Position numbers and translations under genes: made by a program. From Chiloscyllium plagiosum (taxonomy: Eukaryota), in NCBI RefSeq assembly GCF_004010195.1, contig NC_057718.1, positions 78,232,935 through 78,296,934 of the forward strand: a stretch of 64,000 bases of DNA, read 5' to 3'. The stretch's first letter is position 1, and the number at the start of each line of letters is the position of its first letter. Of the stretch, positions 38,364 through 52,239 are shown one piece after another. The notes below the pieces were generated by a model that was not told where the DNA came from, searched no databases, and saw only the letters and a program-made list of their open reading frames with translations.

Positions 38364-38649
38364 GATCAGAGTTGTGTTGCTGGAAATTCTGATGAAGGGC
38401 TCTGGCTCGAAACATTGTTTTTATTTGCTCAGATACTGCCTGACCTGTGCTTTTCCAGCAACACACACAAGGAGAAAGTGAGGACTGCAGATGCTGGAGA
38501 TCAGAGGTGAAAATGTGTTGCTGGAAAAGCGCAGCAGGTCAGGCAGCATCCAAGGAACAGGAGGGCTGAAGAAGGGCTTATGCCCGAAACGTCGATTCTC
38601 CTGTTCCTTGGATGTTGCCTGACCTGCGCTTTTCCAGCAACACACACAA
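38364..38649. mobile_element. Two adjacent/nested Penelope-end insertions, each with a + strand hammerhead motif
   Basis: CTGATGA..GAAAC at 38389-38413 and CTGAAGA..GAAACGTC at 38566-38593; cttttccagcaacacacacaa repeated either side of the younger copy. Confidence 0.75.
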
Positions 38650-40299
38650 CACTAGCAACAGCAGCTCAATCAGTCTGAGATATTATCATTAGGCAGTTCT
38701 TAGACTCCTGGTGGTGTTCTCAATAATATAACATTCTCATACTCCAAAACAAATGTAATCTTGTGCAGTGTGTTCTGTTACAATATGATGGGTGTGTTCC
38801 TCTGCAACCACATGTTACAGAAAATTGCTATACCCTTTTTCCAAATAGCATCCAAACAATTAATCAGTCACATTATAGCCAATTTGTGGTGTTGAAATAG
38901 TTTTTACACTAGAACAACCTGTTCAGCATAATATGTAAAACACTTGCATTTCAGGTTGTGCAACTCTCCTGGTATTTTAGTAGTATCTGACTTCCATCCA
39001 GTTTATAGTGCAAAAAGGAAAATGTGGTCCCTTACAACAGTTTGAAGTTGATTATCATGCTGAAGGATGTATGGTTTGTGGGAGTAAGTGAATCAGTGTA
39101 ATGGATTTTACTTGATTTCTCCTCACCCTCCCCACCCTTGTGCAAGTCTATAATCGTAGCACTTCCAAAACTAGTAAAAGTCTGTTTTTGTTGGCTCCTG
39201 TACAAAACCTACCTGATATGAAATTTAGGGTTTTAAGTTTTGTCCAGCTTAGACATTGGAGTAAATCTATTGTGAGGCCTTGTACTTTTAAACCCATTTT
39301 CTGAAAATGAAAAGCAGCTGGGCATGAATGCATTGTTTCTCAGCAGTGGAGTATGTACTTGTGACTTTCACACTTCAAAATATGAAATAAAATAGGCTGT
39401 ACAGAACTCAAAGCATTTTAAAGGTAACTTGTTGCATTCTCAGCTGACTTTACTGTTTTCTGAAATGAGATGTTAAATTAAACATTACAGTCTTTGTACA
39501 TTTCCCTGAAGGTATTTGCTTTTCTCCATTCATTAACTTCATTAAATTTTGTGGAGCTTGCATGTATCTCTTCAAAAGCAGTTTTTCTGTGCATTTGTGA
39601 AGAAATAGAACTGTACAGCATTGAAGTTCAAAGTTTAATTTTAAGCTTTGAAGACCATCAAATTTAAATATATTTTCATTTGAGGTTTTGTAAAATATGC
39701 TATCACCACTGGATTTTTTTTAACCAAGGTAATGCACTAGCTCCTGATGGCTCTGGGTAAATGCACCACATCTGCCTGGTTTACACAACTCCGTGATATT
39801 TGGGATGTTTGATCTCAATTGTCCTGAGTGTTACACTTAGCACACCGGCGTGTATTTTTTTGATTAGGTGGGTGAAAACATGACAGGTAGAAATGTCCAT
39901 TTACATGCAGCTAGAAAGTACTAGTGGACATCAGTTGAGAGGGTCGTGCTTGATTGCGGTCTGTTTAGATACACATTGTAAGGATTGTGAAAGGGAGATG
40001 AGGTGAGATAGGCAAGTAATTCTCCATCTCTTAAGAATATTCTCTGAACCCCTCTTGTCCTGCTATCCCCTTCATTGGAGTCCAGAGGAGCTTTCAGTAC
40101 CATTCTCCTCTCTTTTCTCCCCCCCCCCCCCCCCCCTTTTATTCAGGTGCTAATGATATCAACTCTGCCTCTGTCTGCAAAAGATCAGCTCTATCTCCAT
40201 CTCCAAGGAGCAAAAGACTGATCCCTCAAAGGATGCCCCAGTCAGGCTGTTTCCTGCACCCTGCAGGGTTCAGGGGAAAATAAAGTACTAGGATTTTGG

Positions 40300-40705
40300 A
40301 ATGAAGGGTTGGAGTAACAATTAGGCGGGGACTTTCTTCACTGGAGCGTAGGTGGTTGAGAAGTGACCTTAAGTTTATAAAATCATGAGGGGCATAGATA
40401 AGTAAACAAAGATGTTTTCCCAAAATTGGGGGAATTCAATATTATGGGGCATGTTTTTAAGCTAGATTTAAACAGGGCATGAGGGGCAACTTTTTTTTAG
40501 TGGTTAGTGTGTGGAATGAACTGCCAGAGGAAGTGGTGGCTGCAGGTACAGTTGCAACATTTAAAAGACAATTGGATAAGTACATGAATAGGAAAGATTT
40601 GGAGGATATGGGCCAAACGCAGGCAGGTGGAACTAGTTTAGTTTGGGAACATAGTCCACACTGACCAGATGGGCCAAAAGGTCTGTTTCCATGCTATATG
40701 ACTGA
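40300..40705 (+). mobile_element. CR1 3' fragment
   Basis: RGNFF..VVSVWNELPEEVVAAGTVATFKRQLDKYM. Confidence 0.8.
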
Positions 40706-41678
40706 GTGGTGCTGTTTAGAAATGATAGACAAAGCCTTGTCTTTTACTGTCCTTCCAATCAAATGTAAAGTACAATTATTTTTTAATTTGAGCAACCAAT
40801 TGCTTCCATCAAGACTGAAATATAGGATCTCCAAGGCAGATAGTTTGACTATTACCTGAATGTAATTGTTCAACATGAAACTCTTCTAAAGAAAATCAGA
40901 ATGCTTGGGCTATACAGCAAGTTTGGCATTCTTTAAAAGAGAAGCAGAGCAAGTATTTCAAGTTGGTGATCTTGTTTATCCATGTTTCCTATTTTGAAGT
41001 TTCCAGAATCCATTTTGCCTTTAGTTAGGAAATTGTGCAAAAAATATCAACCTAATTTAAATGGGTATGAGTTCACAATGTACAATGCTTGTAATTTAAG
41101 TTGCTAATTAGCCTCCTGCAGAATCCATTAGAGCGTTTCGGCTGAGAAAGTTTGCATTTATTCAATAGATGAGTAAATGACCTGAACTTACCTGGGACTG
41201 TTTTGGCCTTGTACTGTGGTGTCATGTAACTGGGAAATAGTCTGTCCCAGTACTGAGATTCTCTAGACAAATAATTATAAATTGTAGTAACCATGTTGAC
41301 TAAATGACCTGAATCAAATTATTGAACTCGATATAGCAATTTTGTTTATAGTTCCTTTTAGCATGGAAAATGTTGAAACGAACTTCCCAGCTAGAGTGCA
41401 GATAATAACTAGATATAATTGAGCCAAAGAATATCTTCCCATGGAAGAATATTGTGAACTTGATTGGAAACTGTGCGCATGTTGGATTTTTAAAGTGGAG
41501 AGGTTTGCTACAGAACACCCCATTCACTTGAGAACTGTTCACACTTTGAAAGATTTGTTAATTTAATTTGTTTACTGTTTGCTTATTACTGATTTGTGTT
41601 TTAAATTTTGCTACCAAGGAAGCTACCAGTTCAACGTCATTCTGCTGGTTTTAGGTAATTCTTCTTTTCTTTAAACAG

Positions 41679-41777
41679 GGTAGCCCAGAATTTGTGGCGA
41701 CTTCTGAATGTGTGCATTACTTTGAATGGAAGACTTTTGTAGCCTGCAAGAAGAGCACCTTCAACCCCCAAAAAGAG
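41679..41777 (+). CDS. IGF2R: IGF2R exon 4 ([33 protein letters not shown])
   Basis: Acceptor cttttctttaaacag|; donor |gtaaat; 99 nt, phase 0-0; resembles human [25 protein letters not shown]. Confidence 0.97.
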
Positions 41778-44634
41778 GTAAATGCAAGTACCCCACGTGT
41801 TGGCATATTCTTGATCTGCTAAAATCTGAATTGGGGCTATAAGTAATGATGTAAAATTCACAGGGGAGTGAATGATGCTCCCTGAACTACTCATACTGGT
41901 GATAAGTATATGCGATTGAATTAAATGTGTTCCTATTTAATTCAGCATTATTTTTGAGTATTTTTGAACTAACAAAATCGCACTTTCAAGTTCATTGTGA
42001 AGTGGCTGAACCTGAATTGTGATAGTTCAGATAGCTATTGGACTTGAGCATCCTTCATTATTGCTAGTCACTTTTATTTCTCACTTCAGTTATCAGATAG
42101 AGGTTTAAGTGCCTAGCAGAGCAGTTACTATAGTTATTTTAAAATGTAACTTAATTTAAAATGTGCTTACTATATTCCAAAAGAATTACAAAAGTTGGAC
42201 ATGTAACTAGCTTTCAGCAAATGGAAAGTGGAGGGTAGCGATAAAGAACAAAGTAGAAGGTCTAGTTTGTGAAAGACTAAAGAATTAATAGTGCAAGTCC
42301 AAAGATAATGGGATAAGGAAAGAACTGAAGGATTTGGATAGAGGAACTTCGACAAGAATCATGAGTATCTGCTGGTGTTACAGGAAGCAGTGTGCAAAGA
42401 AATGTCACCAGATCATCACTTCCTTTTGGCCTTGAGTCAACACCTGTCATCTAATCCCCTTCTCCCCACCCTCCCCCTTCCCCTTTTTCATTTGCTCAAA
42501 ACCTTTTAGAACTGGGATAGGTTAGAAATTTTAACCTGAAATGCTAACAATTTCTCTTTCCTGAGATGCTGCTTGACTTGCTTGGGTTTTCCAGCATTTG
42601 CATTTGATCTTCTTTGGTCCATTGATTGGCTGAAGATTGTGCCCCATTTGTCCACTAGGTCCTATCTCATTCTGCTTCAGTCCCTGTGGCGATCTAATGG
42701 CTACAAGTCTCCTCAGATAAAGGATTGAGTTCTATAGGTGATAACCATCTAAATACAGAACTCTGCCTGCCTCTGAAATGATTAAAACGGTTCTGAAAAT
42801 AACCTTGAATGTTTGACTTTCCACATTATAAATTAAATTTTTTGTGTATCTAGTTTTTACCACAAGCAAAAATATGAACTTGTACATTTTACATTGACCT
42901 TGATTTTTCTCCTTTCATTCTCTTTTGTAATTATTGTCAATTGTATTGCAGAAACTGATTATTTCCTCTACCTTATACAGTCATCACTTGCAAAGAAATC
43001 AGAAGTACAGACCCTAAATTACATACAAACTCAGACTGCATAGCATTTCTCACTCAATTGTCATGATGCAACAAGGTGCCATTTGGCCCATGTCAGTATT
43101 GGCTCTTCAAATGAGCATAATTACCTAGTGCCAATCTACTTTCTCCCTGTACCCTTACATGTTTGTCATCATAATCATCTAATGCCCACTTGAACGCCTC
43201 AATTGAGCCAGTCTCTATCACATTTCCAGGCAGTGCATTCCATATCCTAACTACTCGCTGAGTTTTTTTTTTCTCTCATCACCTTAAACTATTCTTCTTG
43301 TTCTTTTATGTGTGGAAACAGGTTCTCCATATCCATTTGCATCATCATCAACCTGCTTGTGGCTTTGAAAAGCTTTATCACATTCTCTCAGCTGCCTTCT
43401 CTCCAAAGAGAACAGACCCAACTACTTCAATCTGTCTTCATTATTGCAGTTTCTATTCCTGCAACCACTTCAGTAGATCACTTCTCCACACTCTTCAATG
43501 CATTCATGTCTTTACTGCAATATGGTACTCAATTGTATACAATGCTCCATCTGACAAGTATCTTATACAACTTTGACATCACCCTCTTTGAGAATTTTTC
43601 TTTATTGTCCTATTTCTGATGTGGATGGGTAGCCATGTAGCTAGTACGGTGATCTATAAGCACACGATAATTAAAGATTTCCTCTCTGGTTTGTGCCACC
43701 TGTGAGCTTGCACTGTTCTAAGAGCCAGCTGTCAATCATCTCTACTTGATTGCTTGCTCTTTCCTTGTCTATTACTTTTATCAGAATTAGTCAGGAATAG
43801 TTTTTTATTTAGTCACATCCATAGAAACAAGTTAGTTTGCAAATATGACTACATACAATGCTTCATTCAATGTAGTTGGACCTTGAATATTGTATCCACC
43901 CAGGCATGGCCATCAGGCAGCAGTCTCTTTCTGTTCAAATTCTGGGGTGTGTGCTTTCTCTGCTCCTACCTCTGAGATCCAAAGTGATGCATCTAATTTG
44001 AAAAAAAGGTTTTGGCCCTGTCAGACATTTTACTCCATCACTTGCACAGCCATGAGTAGTGTTGTGGGTGACACTCCAGTGGCTAATTGAGCTTGCAAGT
44101 TGTAATTGTTTTTGTAATGGTTCAGAAAGCAAACCACCTCACTTCACTAAGGTTGTTCGCTGTTAATAGTTCATGTTCACTAGGCTTCAATTGATCCTTT
44201 TAAGAAGTATTAGTAAATTGAAGTGGACAGATCTGCAAAAGTGATTTCCAACAAACTGTTTTGAAGCAAATTCTTTAAATTGCTCACTGAATAAGCCTTT
44301 TAAGTAACTCAATTTTTTTAAAAATTGCCATATTAAGAGCATATTCTCAAATGTATTTTGGGACAGTCAGTCTGAATATCTAAGGCAAACTCCCCTCATT
44401 TTCTATCCATTGCTTTTCAATAGATGGGAAAGCATAGCAACTAAGCATCAGTTCTCAGAACGAAGCTAATGAATTAGGATCGTACAGGAAATGTGCATTC
44501 ATCAAATTATTATTCGTTTGTTTTTATGATAATTCGGGTTTTAATTAAGATATTTATTCTTGATGTGACAGATGTTCCTTGATTGAACTTTAAAAGCATG
44601 TTTATTCATGTTCACTTAAAATTAACTCTTTAAG

Positions 44635-44764
44635 GTTCCTTGTTACGTCATTGATGAAGTTGGAAAGAAACGTGATTTGAATCCACTCATAAAGATGTCG
44701 GGAGGCTATTTGGTTGATTCTCCTGATGATGATGATTTGTATATCAACATTTGTAGAGATATAG
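44635..44764 (+). CDS. IGF2R: IGF2R exon 5 ([43 protein letters not shown])
   Basis: Acceptor ctctttaag|; donor G|gttagt; resembles human [29 protein letters not shown]...FINVCRDI. Confidence 0.97.
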
Positions 44765-47700
44765 GTTAGTTACCTTTTCTCAACTGATCACTTTCTCTAA
44801 TTTGCATTGAGTTCATGAACTTTGTATCCTATTTGCTTTACCAACTTATCAATGTCACTCATTACTGCTCCCTTTATGAAATCAAAGAATGAAACCATTT
44901 AACATTTTCTAAACAAAAATTGACTAATCAAACTTAAAGCTAAAATTGATAGTTCAGATGGATTGCATCTGTGTATTTTGGGGGTTAGGGAAGAGATCTA
45001 AAAAGCTAATATAGAAATGTAAGATTTCATTTGAAACAAATATTGCCCCCAAACCAACCTACCAGAGTTCTCTGAAGAATTATTAAAGGGTAGGCAAGAT
45101 CATATTTTGATTTCCAACATATCTTTTGAAGAAATCGCATGCACTGAAGCCAAGGTGGAGTTGGGGCAAGAAGCTGTTAACAAAATGGGGTTGGGGGGGA
45201 TGGGGTGGATGAGTGGGTGGGGAAGCGGTTAAAGAACTTTCTCAGGTTGGCAAGTGCTGTTCCATAGGTTCAGTTCTGATTTTTTGCCTGCTGTTTTATA
45301 TAAATGAGTCTGAATTTGGATGTATTTTTGCAAATTGAGGATGATGTCTCATTGGAGCGCAAGTTAGTATAGAAGAGAGCTGGCATAAAATACAGAAAAA
45401 CATTATTAAACTTGGGGGTAAATGGGTAAGTCAGCTTTAACATTGAGGTATATTTTAGTGCCCACTGACTCCTCAGTTATTGGCTAATGAGTAGTGGAAC
45501 TGAAGATTTGGAATATAGATGTAGTTATCATTAAAAGTAGATATTCAGGCACTAAGTTTGCAAAAATGATCATTTGAAATGATATAGAAGTGAAAGGCTA
45601 TATCTATCAGAAGAATTGAACACACTGGAACTGTTTTCCTTAATAGAAGGCTCGTGCATGGCTTAATAGAGGCCTTTTATATTTTCAAAGAAATTGGATA
45701 GTGTAGATCTCCAATTCTAGAAGACACTAAAACTAGAGAGAAATGCTCATCAGTAATGCAACTCCTGGACAAACTGTGTCTGGTGGATAGATGTAATGTG
45801 GAAATCTGTCAGAAGAGAGTTGAGAATTTTTCTTTATGGGATGTGGGTGAGTTTGGCCATTTCTGATTTGCCCTTGTATTGAGTGGCTTTCTAGGTCATT
45901 TTCCAAGGAATTGAGTTGCATGTGGGCCAAAGCAGGTAAGGTTTGCTTCCATAAATATGATAGTTTCATAGTTATCACGACAAAGATTGGCTTTTAATTC
46001 TGGCTTTAATTGATTTTTAAACTCATCCACCTGTTATTTTGGCATTGAAACTGTATCCCCAGGGCTTTTGACTGCACCTGTGGATAACTGGTCTAAAAGC
46101 ATTATCACTGTCTCAACTCCTCCCCACAAAAATGTGGATTTAAGGGAAGCTGGATACATGAGAGAAAGGACTAGAAAGACTATTAGGTTGAGCATGAGCA
46201 TTGGTATGGATTGAAAAAACGATGCAGGGTATAGCAATTCAGACAGCATTGGTGAGAGTTAATGTTTTGGACTTACATTTTCAACTGAACTGGATAGTCG
46301 AATGTACACCAGAATCTGTTTTAAACAAGTGAAAAAGGGAGTGTGGGATTAAGAACAAAAAAATCTCAGGATTGAGAAGAAGAGATTCAACATTTGAAAA
46401 GTTTGGTGCAAGGTCAAAGGAGGTGGTTAGGAGATGAGTAGGAAACATTAGATGTGGCTGGAGGTGGTGTGAATGACATTTAACAGCTTAGTTTCAAAAG
46501 CAAATGGAGAAAGACATGATTAAAACCAAAACTGGTAAACCAGTGGGGATAAAGGTCACTGTTTGAAATTGTTGAACTGTGTACCGAATCTGGAGGTCTA
46601 ATAGAAAGATGTGGTACAGCTAAGTTTGCATTGAACTTGATTGAAACACTCCATGAGTCAGCACAATGGTCAATGTGAGAGAAAGCTAGACTATTAAAAA
46701 TGATATCATTATGCTTGTCACCAATCTGTTTGATTTCCTGGTGTAGAGTAGACACCATATGAGTAGTATTCTAGATTTAAAAACAGTACCCATAAGTAGT
46801 TGGTTCTCCTGGTAAGTGCATTAATCTTGAAAAAGATGTGGAAAGAGTGGTTGTATCTCTTTACTTTCAATAACATTTTTTCATGTAAGCAAAGAGGAGT
46901 ATTGTAGATTCGGTATAATAAAACAAACAGCTGTTTTTGAAATGAAGGGAATGGGTGGGGAAGGTGTTTGGAATTCCACTTCGTGGTTGAAATGGTGGAG
47001 CTGTGACTCCGGAAGCTGTGCAAAGTGAGGACCTAAGGAATGCTATCCTTGAAAGGGAGGGTAGATGGTGAGAACAGAACTGCAGAAAATAAGATAGAGG
47101 ACTCCAACCACTGAGGGAGTTTCCAGTTGAGGAAAGAGGAAGGCTGCATCATTAGAACAGATGTGACAGACTGGGAAACTCCAAATGGATTGGAATCTTT
47201 TCAGAAGTGAAGAATAGAGATATATAGTTGCAGAGGAGCCAGCGGGTGTAAATATTTAACCATCCCCAATGAATTGGGGGGAAAAAAGATTTGACCTGAA
47301 TATTTGCATTGCTTTCGCATGGGGGCCATCTCTAACACTTAATTTCTGCGGATAGATTAGGTTGAGGTTGTTAAGTGTCAAGATGGTCCATGTGAAAGTA
47401 ATGTTTCCATTTGGGCTGAGAAGGAAACAATACCAATGCAATCCTTAATACTTTTCTTAAAAAAAAAAAAGGGGGTGCCTCAGTAAGACTGGGACAAGGA
47501 AAGTTCATACAACCCACAAAAAACAGGCATAATTTGAAACAATGCACACAAAGGTGTTTTATCTGGAGAAAATGAGTAGGGTTGAAGTTCTTCAGTATAA
47601 GATCAAATGCAACCATGTGGAAGAATCTGGTCCTTTGAGAAAGAAGCTAACAGTTCCATTGGATGTACAGCATGGAAACAGAGTATGTTGTTATGCAGAG

Positions 47701-49230
47701 AGACTGAAATGTGAAGAGTAGTGATGGTGGCAGTTGGGTGGTTGTTGGTGATGGTAGGTGTAGAAACTGAGGAAGCGTTCAGTTCATTCACGCAGTGTAG
47801 TCTGAAACACTTGGTATACCAGGGCAATCCTGTTGATAGATTTTGGAAATGAGATTTAAAGCTGACTGTTTGAGGTTAGACAAGAGGAAACTCCACATGG
47901 AATTTAACAAATATTCTGTGCCTGGTTTTGGCAGGTTTTTGATTTAATAATTTTTCTTGGCTTTGGAAAGCAGGTTTTTGTCATTCTGCTATTTGCATTG
48001 CTCTTCAGCATGTATTTTGCTTTACTTGTTCCTTTACCACTGCCTTTGGCCTTGCATCACCTGCTCTTGTAATTTAATCTCTCCTGTCTTGCAATCTTTC
48101 CTCTTGTTTTCATATTCTCACCACTTCGCTTAGAATATAGAACATAGAACAGTACAGCCCCTTCAGCCTTCAATGTTATGCCGGCTGTTTATCCTACTCT
48201 AAGATCAGACTGTCCTATATACCCTTGCACTAACTTCCATGTGCCTATCCAAGAGTCGCTTAAATATCCATAATGTATCTGACTACTACACTTCTGGCAG
48301 TGGATTTCACATGCCCTCCACTCTGAGTGACAAACCTACCTCTGACACTTCCCCAAACCTCCTTCCAATGACCTTAAAATAATGCCCCCTCATTGACATT
48401 TCTGCCATGGGGAAAAGTCTCTGGCTATTCACTCTATCTATGCCTCTCAATATCATGTACACCACCTATCAAGTCACCCCTTGTCCTCCTTCACTCCATT
48501 GCAAAAAACCCTTATACTTCCTGTCTAACTTTTCCTGGTTTCTATGAAAGAAAGTTGACTTCTACATTTAACTCTCTACAGCTGTCAGTTGACCTGTGCA
48601 TTTGCAGCATGTCCTGTTGCTATTTCAGACTCCAAATTCTCAGGACTTTGCTCTATAGCACAAGTTGACATTGCTGGGAAAACATTACAAATTTAACTGA
48701 TTTTAAATTTGTTAATGTAATTTCTAGCACACTTGTAACTTTTTAATAACATGTTTGCAAAACTCGAACATTTAGTACTTTGAGTACTGTGAACAGTCAG
48801 AAGTACATGGTGTTTGATTTAATCAGTCATTGGCATACGGGACATAAGTATCTGGCATTGCAAAAACACTAAAATTCCTATATCCTATTTTTCATTATGT
48901 CAACCTAATAATGCGCCTCACTTGTTTGAAACCGCATATATTTGTATGCAGGGTGGAAAGGAACATGTCGAGGCATGTAAATGAAGTAGAGTAGTATTGG
49001 GATGCACACTCTGACCAATCAATTGACTAAAAGCAATTGACATCTTTTGCTTTATTACAAATCATTGATCCCTTTTGAAATTTTGCATTTTTGTTCTGAT
49101 TGCAAGATAATTTTTAACAAGTATATGGTTGTGTCCCTTTTGTGCTGTAATTTGCAATGCTTTTTATGAAGTAAGGAAATAGCATAAGTTTTGATTCTAG
49201 TATTAATAGTATTATTTGTTTAATTGCTAG

Positions 49231-49348
49231 CTCCTTCAGGCAAGACGTCTGCATGTAAATCTAGCAGCAGTGCCTGTTTGTTGAAAGGATCCACTGCATT
49301 TGATGTTGGACAACCAACAGATGCTTTAAAACTAATTGACAAAGACAG
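49231..49348 (+). CDS. IGF2R: IGF2R exon 6 (A-PSGKTSACKSSSSACLLKGSTAFDVGQPTDALKLIDKD-R)
   Basis: Acceptor taattgctag| (a second in-frame AG lies 9 nt downstream); donor AG|gtagga; resembles human [27 protein letters not shown]. Confidence 0.93.
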
Positions 49349-50028
49349 GTAGGAAATGTCACTGAAATTTCAAGGGTCACACTTGATTTACCAGAACACA
49401 AATTTTAAATGTAGAGCTTACACTGTAATTACATTGAAGTTATTTGCATATAATTTCCATTTTAACCTGAATTCAGATTCTTTTTATAAATTGAACGTTC
49501 TTCATGTATAGTCAAGAACTACAGTATTTAATGTTTATATCAGTTAATATCTTGAGGTTAGATGTTCAACTAACTGGTATTGGTTCATGTTTTAATATCC
49601 CTTCTGAGACTGCAATTTCTGATGTAATTCTGAAACTTTTACTCAGTTACTTTACAATTTTTATGGTCTAAGCAGCATTTTATTATTTGATTCATCTGCT
49701 ATATTCAGTGTATTTAACTACATTAGAGCAAAAGGCTCCAGAGCATTCTATTCTCTTTTTCCCTTCAAGTATAACTCATTTGTAGTAGTGCTTTTGTCCC
49801 AGAATCTTGTCTCTTTCTAAAAAGAGAATGAATGTGTTCTGTTGTTTGGAGATATTTAGACATATTTATTGGCTGACTTGACTTATTTAAAATCTGAAAA
49901 ATGTGGCATGTAATTGGTCATCTTGGTAACTGAAATTTTTTTAACTGTAGTAACCTGTGGCCTAGTGAGCCAGATTATGACTCACTCCTCCAGCCTGTTG
50001 CATCATTAGCATCTGGAGACACTTGTTA

Positions 50029-50322
50029 GGGTGGCACGGTGACTCAGTGGTTATCACTGCTGCCTCACAGCGCCAGGGTTCAATTCCCTGGGCAACTGTC
50101 TGAATGGAGTTTGCACATTCTCCCCATGTCTGCGTGGGTTTCCTCCGGGTGCTCCAGTTTCTTCCCACAGTCCAAAGCTGTGCAGATTAGGTGAATTGGC
50201 CATGCTAAATTGCCCGTAGTGTTAGGTGGATTAGTCGGGTAAATATAGGGAGGGTGGGTTTCTCTTCAGAGAGTCGGTGTGGACTTGTTGGGCCAAAGGG
50301 CCTGTTTCCGCACGGTAATCTA
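50029..50322 (+). mobile_element. HE1/V-SINE
   Basis: Full head, core and tail. Confidence 0.88.
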
Positions 50323-51240
50323 TCCTTGTGATGTAGATGAGCACCAGATTGCGCAGGGCTTGATATAGCCGGACGCTTACTGTTAAATCTTGATCCTTCC
50401 TTTGATTTTATCAACAAGGCTTTGGAAAGTTGGTATCCCAAGAAAAAGAAACAAAAGAATTGTTAGATTTGCAAATCAAGGTCAAAAGTGCTTATATTAG
50501 TTTCTTTAATAATTGCTTTGGTCTTCATGTAAGAGCCTTTTAGCCAATTTCATTTTGTGTTCTGTTTTAGGCTGGTTATTATATCACCGTGCTTTCACCA
50601 GTGCATGCTGCCGCGTGCCCCCCCCCCCCCCATTATTGCCCTTCCATAATTGCTCTGGAGGAGGTGGTAAGCAAAAAGGGTAGTGAAGGATCAGTGAGTG
50701 ATATCGTTCCACGTCAGGATGATGGGAGACTTGGAGGGAAATGGTGATTCCACACATCCATACTATCACCCCACTCACCACTCCCAAAAAACCCCACCTG
50801 AGTAGAGGTTGAGCATTTGGAAGGTACTATTGGAAGACTTCTGGTCAGCTCCCACTCTGTGAGTGAATTGTGAAAGTGGGTTGATGGGGTGCAAATCAAA
50901 AAGGCAGCATTCTTTTGGATTGTGTCAAACATGGAGTATTGGCAAGTGTAGGGGGAGGCAATTGCTTGCCACAGATTTCTTGGCCTTGGGTCTGCTCTTG
51001 TAGCCAGAGTCTGCCTGGTCCAGTTTAGTTTCTGGTCAACAGTAATCCCCAGGATGATTTGAGTGGTGGAAATGCCTTATTTAACAACTTTTGTACCTAA
51101 ATGCACGCAGTTTTCTGAATACAGTTGAGCTGACGGCACAGAGATAAATGTGTACAACCTGGTGGAGATTATTGAAATGCAGTGACAGGGAGGTCAGGGC
51201 TGGAAGTTAAATATCCAAGGATACTCAAAATTCCAAAAAG

Positions 51241-51930
51241 ATGTACTTTGCCCTTCACCTTCCTGCTCACCATCCAAGGGCTGAAAGAATGCTTCCAGAT
51301 GAAGCAGCATTTCACCTCTGGGTGCAGCAAATACAATACACAAGAACAATGTGGTCTACCCTACATTGGAGAAATCAAACAGATTGGGTGGCCACTTTGC
51401 ACCTATGGTCTGTGCGCAAACATGACCCCGGCCTTCCTGAAGTCTGTCACTGTAATGTAGTGTACTGCTTGCATGCTTGTGTGTGTCCTCTTGTGTTGCA
51501 GTGGATCACAGCGCAAACTGGATGAACAACATCTCATTTTCAGACTAGGCACGTCACCGCTTTCTTGACTTAATATTCAGTTTAACACCTTTTTATAAAT
51601 TGTGAACCATTTTTTCCCTTTTCAGCTTGTTACGTTCAGTTGTCCTTTCACACCCCCCACCCCCACATCCCAGTGGAACTGACTGAACTTTCAAGTCTGG
51701 CAGGATCTGCACCATTGGATGGGAGTATGACAGAACAATCACTTAATATGAACTATGAACATCTTTTCTTGACCAGCACCCAACACCCATACCCCTCATT
51801 AGAGCATAAAACCTGTCCCCACCACACTTCACTTCAGCTCTGATAAGTCATCTGGACTTAAATGATTGGCTTATACTCTCTCCAGGGATGCTGTCTGACT
51901 TAGTGATCTTCAGTATTCATTATTTTTAGC
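51241..51930 (+). mobile_element. Old Penelope-like 3' remnant
   Basis: QCGLPYIGEIK (GIY-YIG), EQHLIFRLG-like segment, terminal repeat remnant. Confidence 0.62.
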
Positions 51931-52239
51931 TGGAAGTGGAGTTGCTTTATTGGTTAAGGATGCCATCAAGGCTGTATTAACAAATGATGGCCGCACTAGG
52001 GACCACAATGTTGATAGTGGATGGAAATGAAAAGCAAGGGAAGAAATGCCTTTGTAGGTCCCCAAACAGGACTTCTGAAGTAGGGCATCATATAAACCAG
52101 GAGATAATGAGGGCTTGAGAGAGGCTTACTGGTGATTGCAGATGATTTAAATATGCATATTGACTAATCAACTTGGGAATAGTCACCTAGTAGAAAGGTA
52201 TACAGTGTATAAAGGATTAGGGTGAAGCCAGAGGTTCTT

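Noticed and set aside
45187..45222. G-quadruplex-like G-runs; also poly-C tracts near 12270, 40120 and 50620
   Set aside because: Simple low-complexity tracts in or near decayed repeats, with no evidence of function
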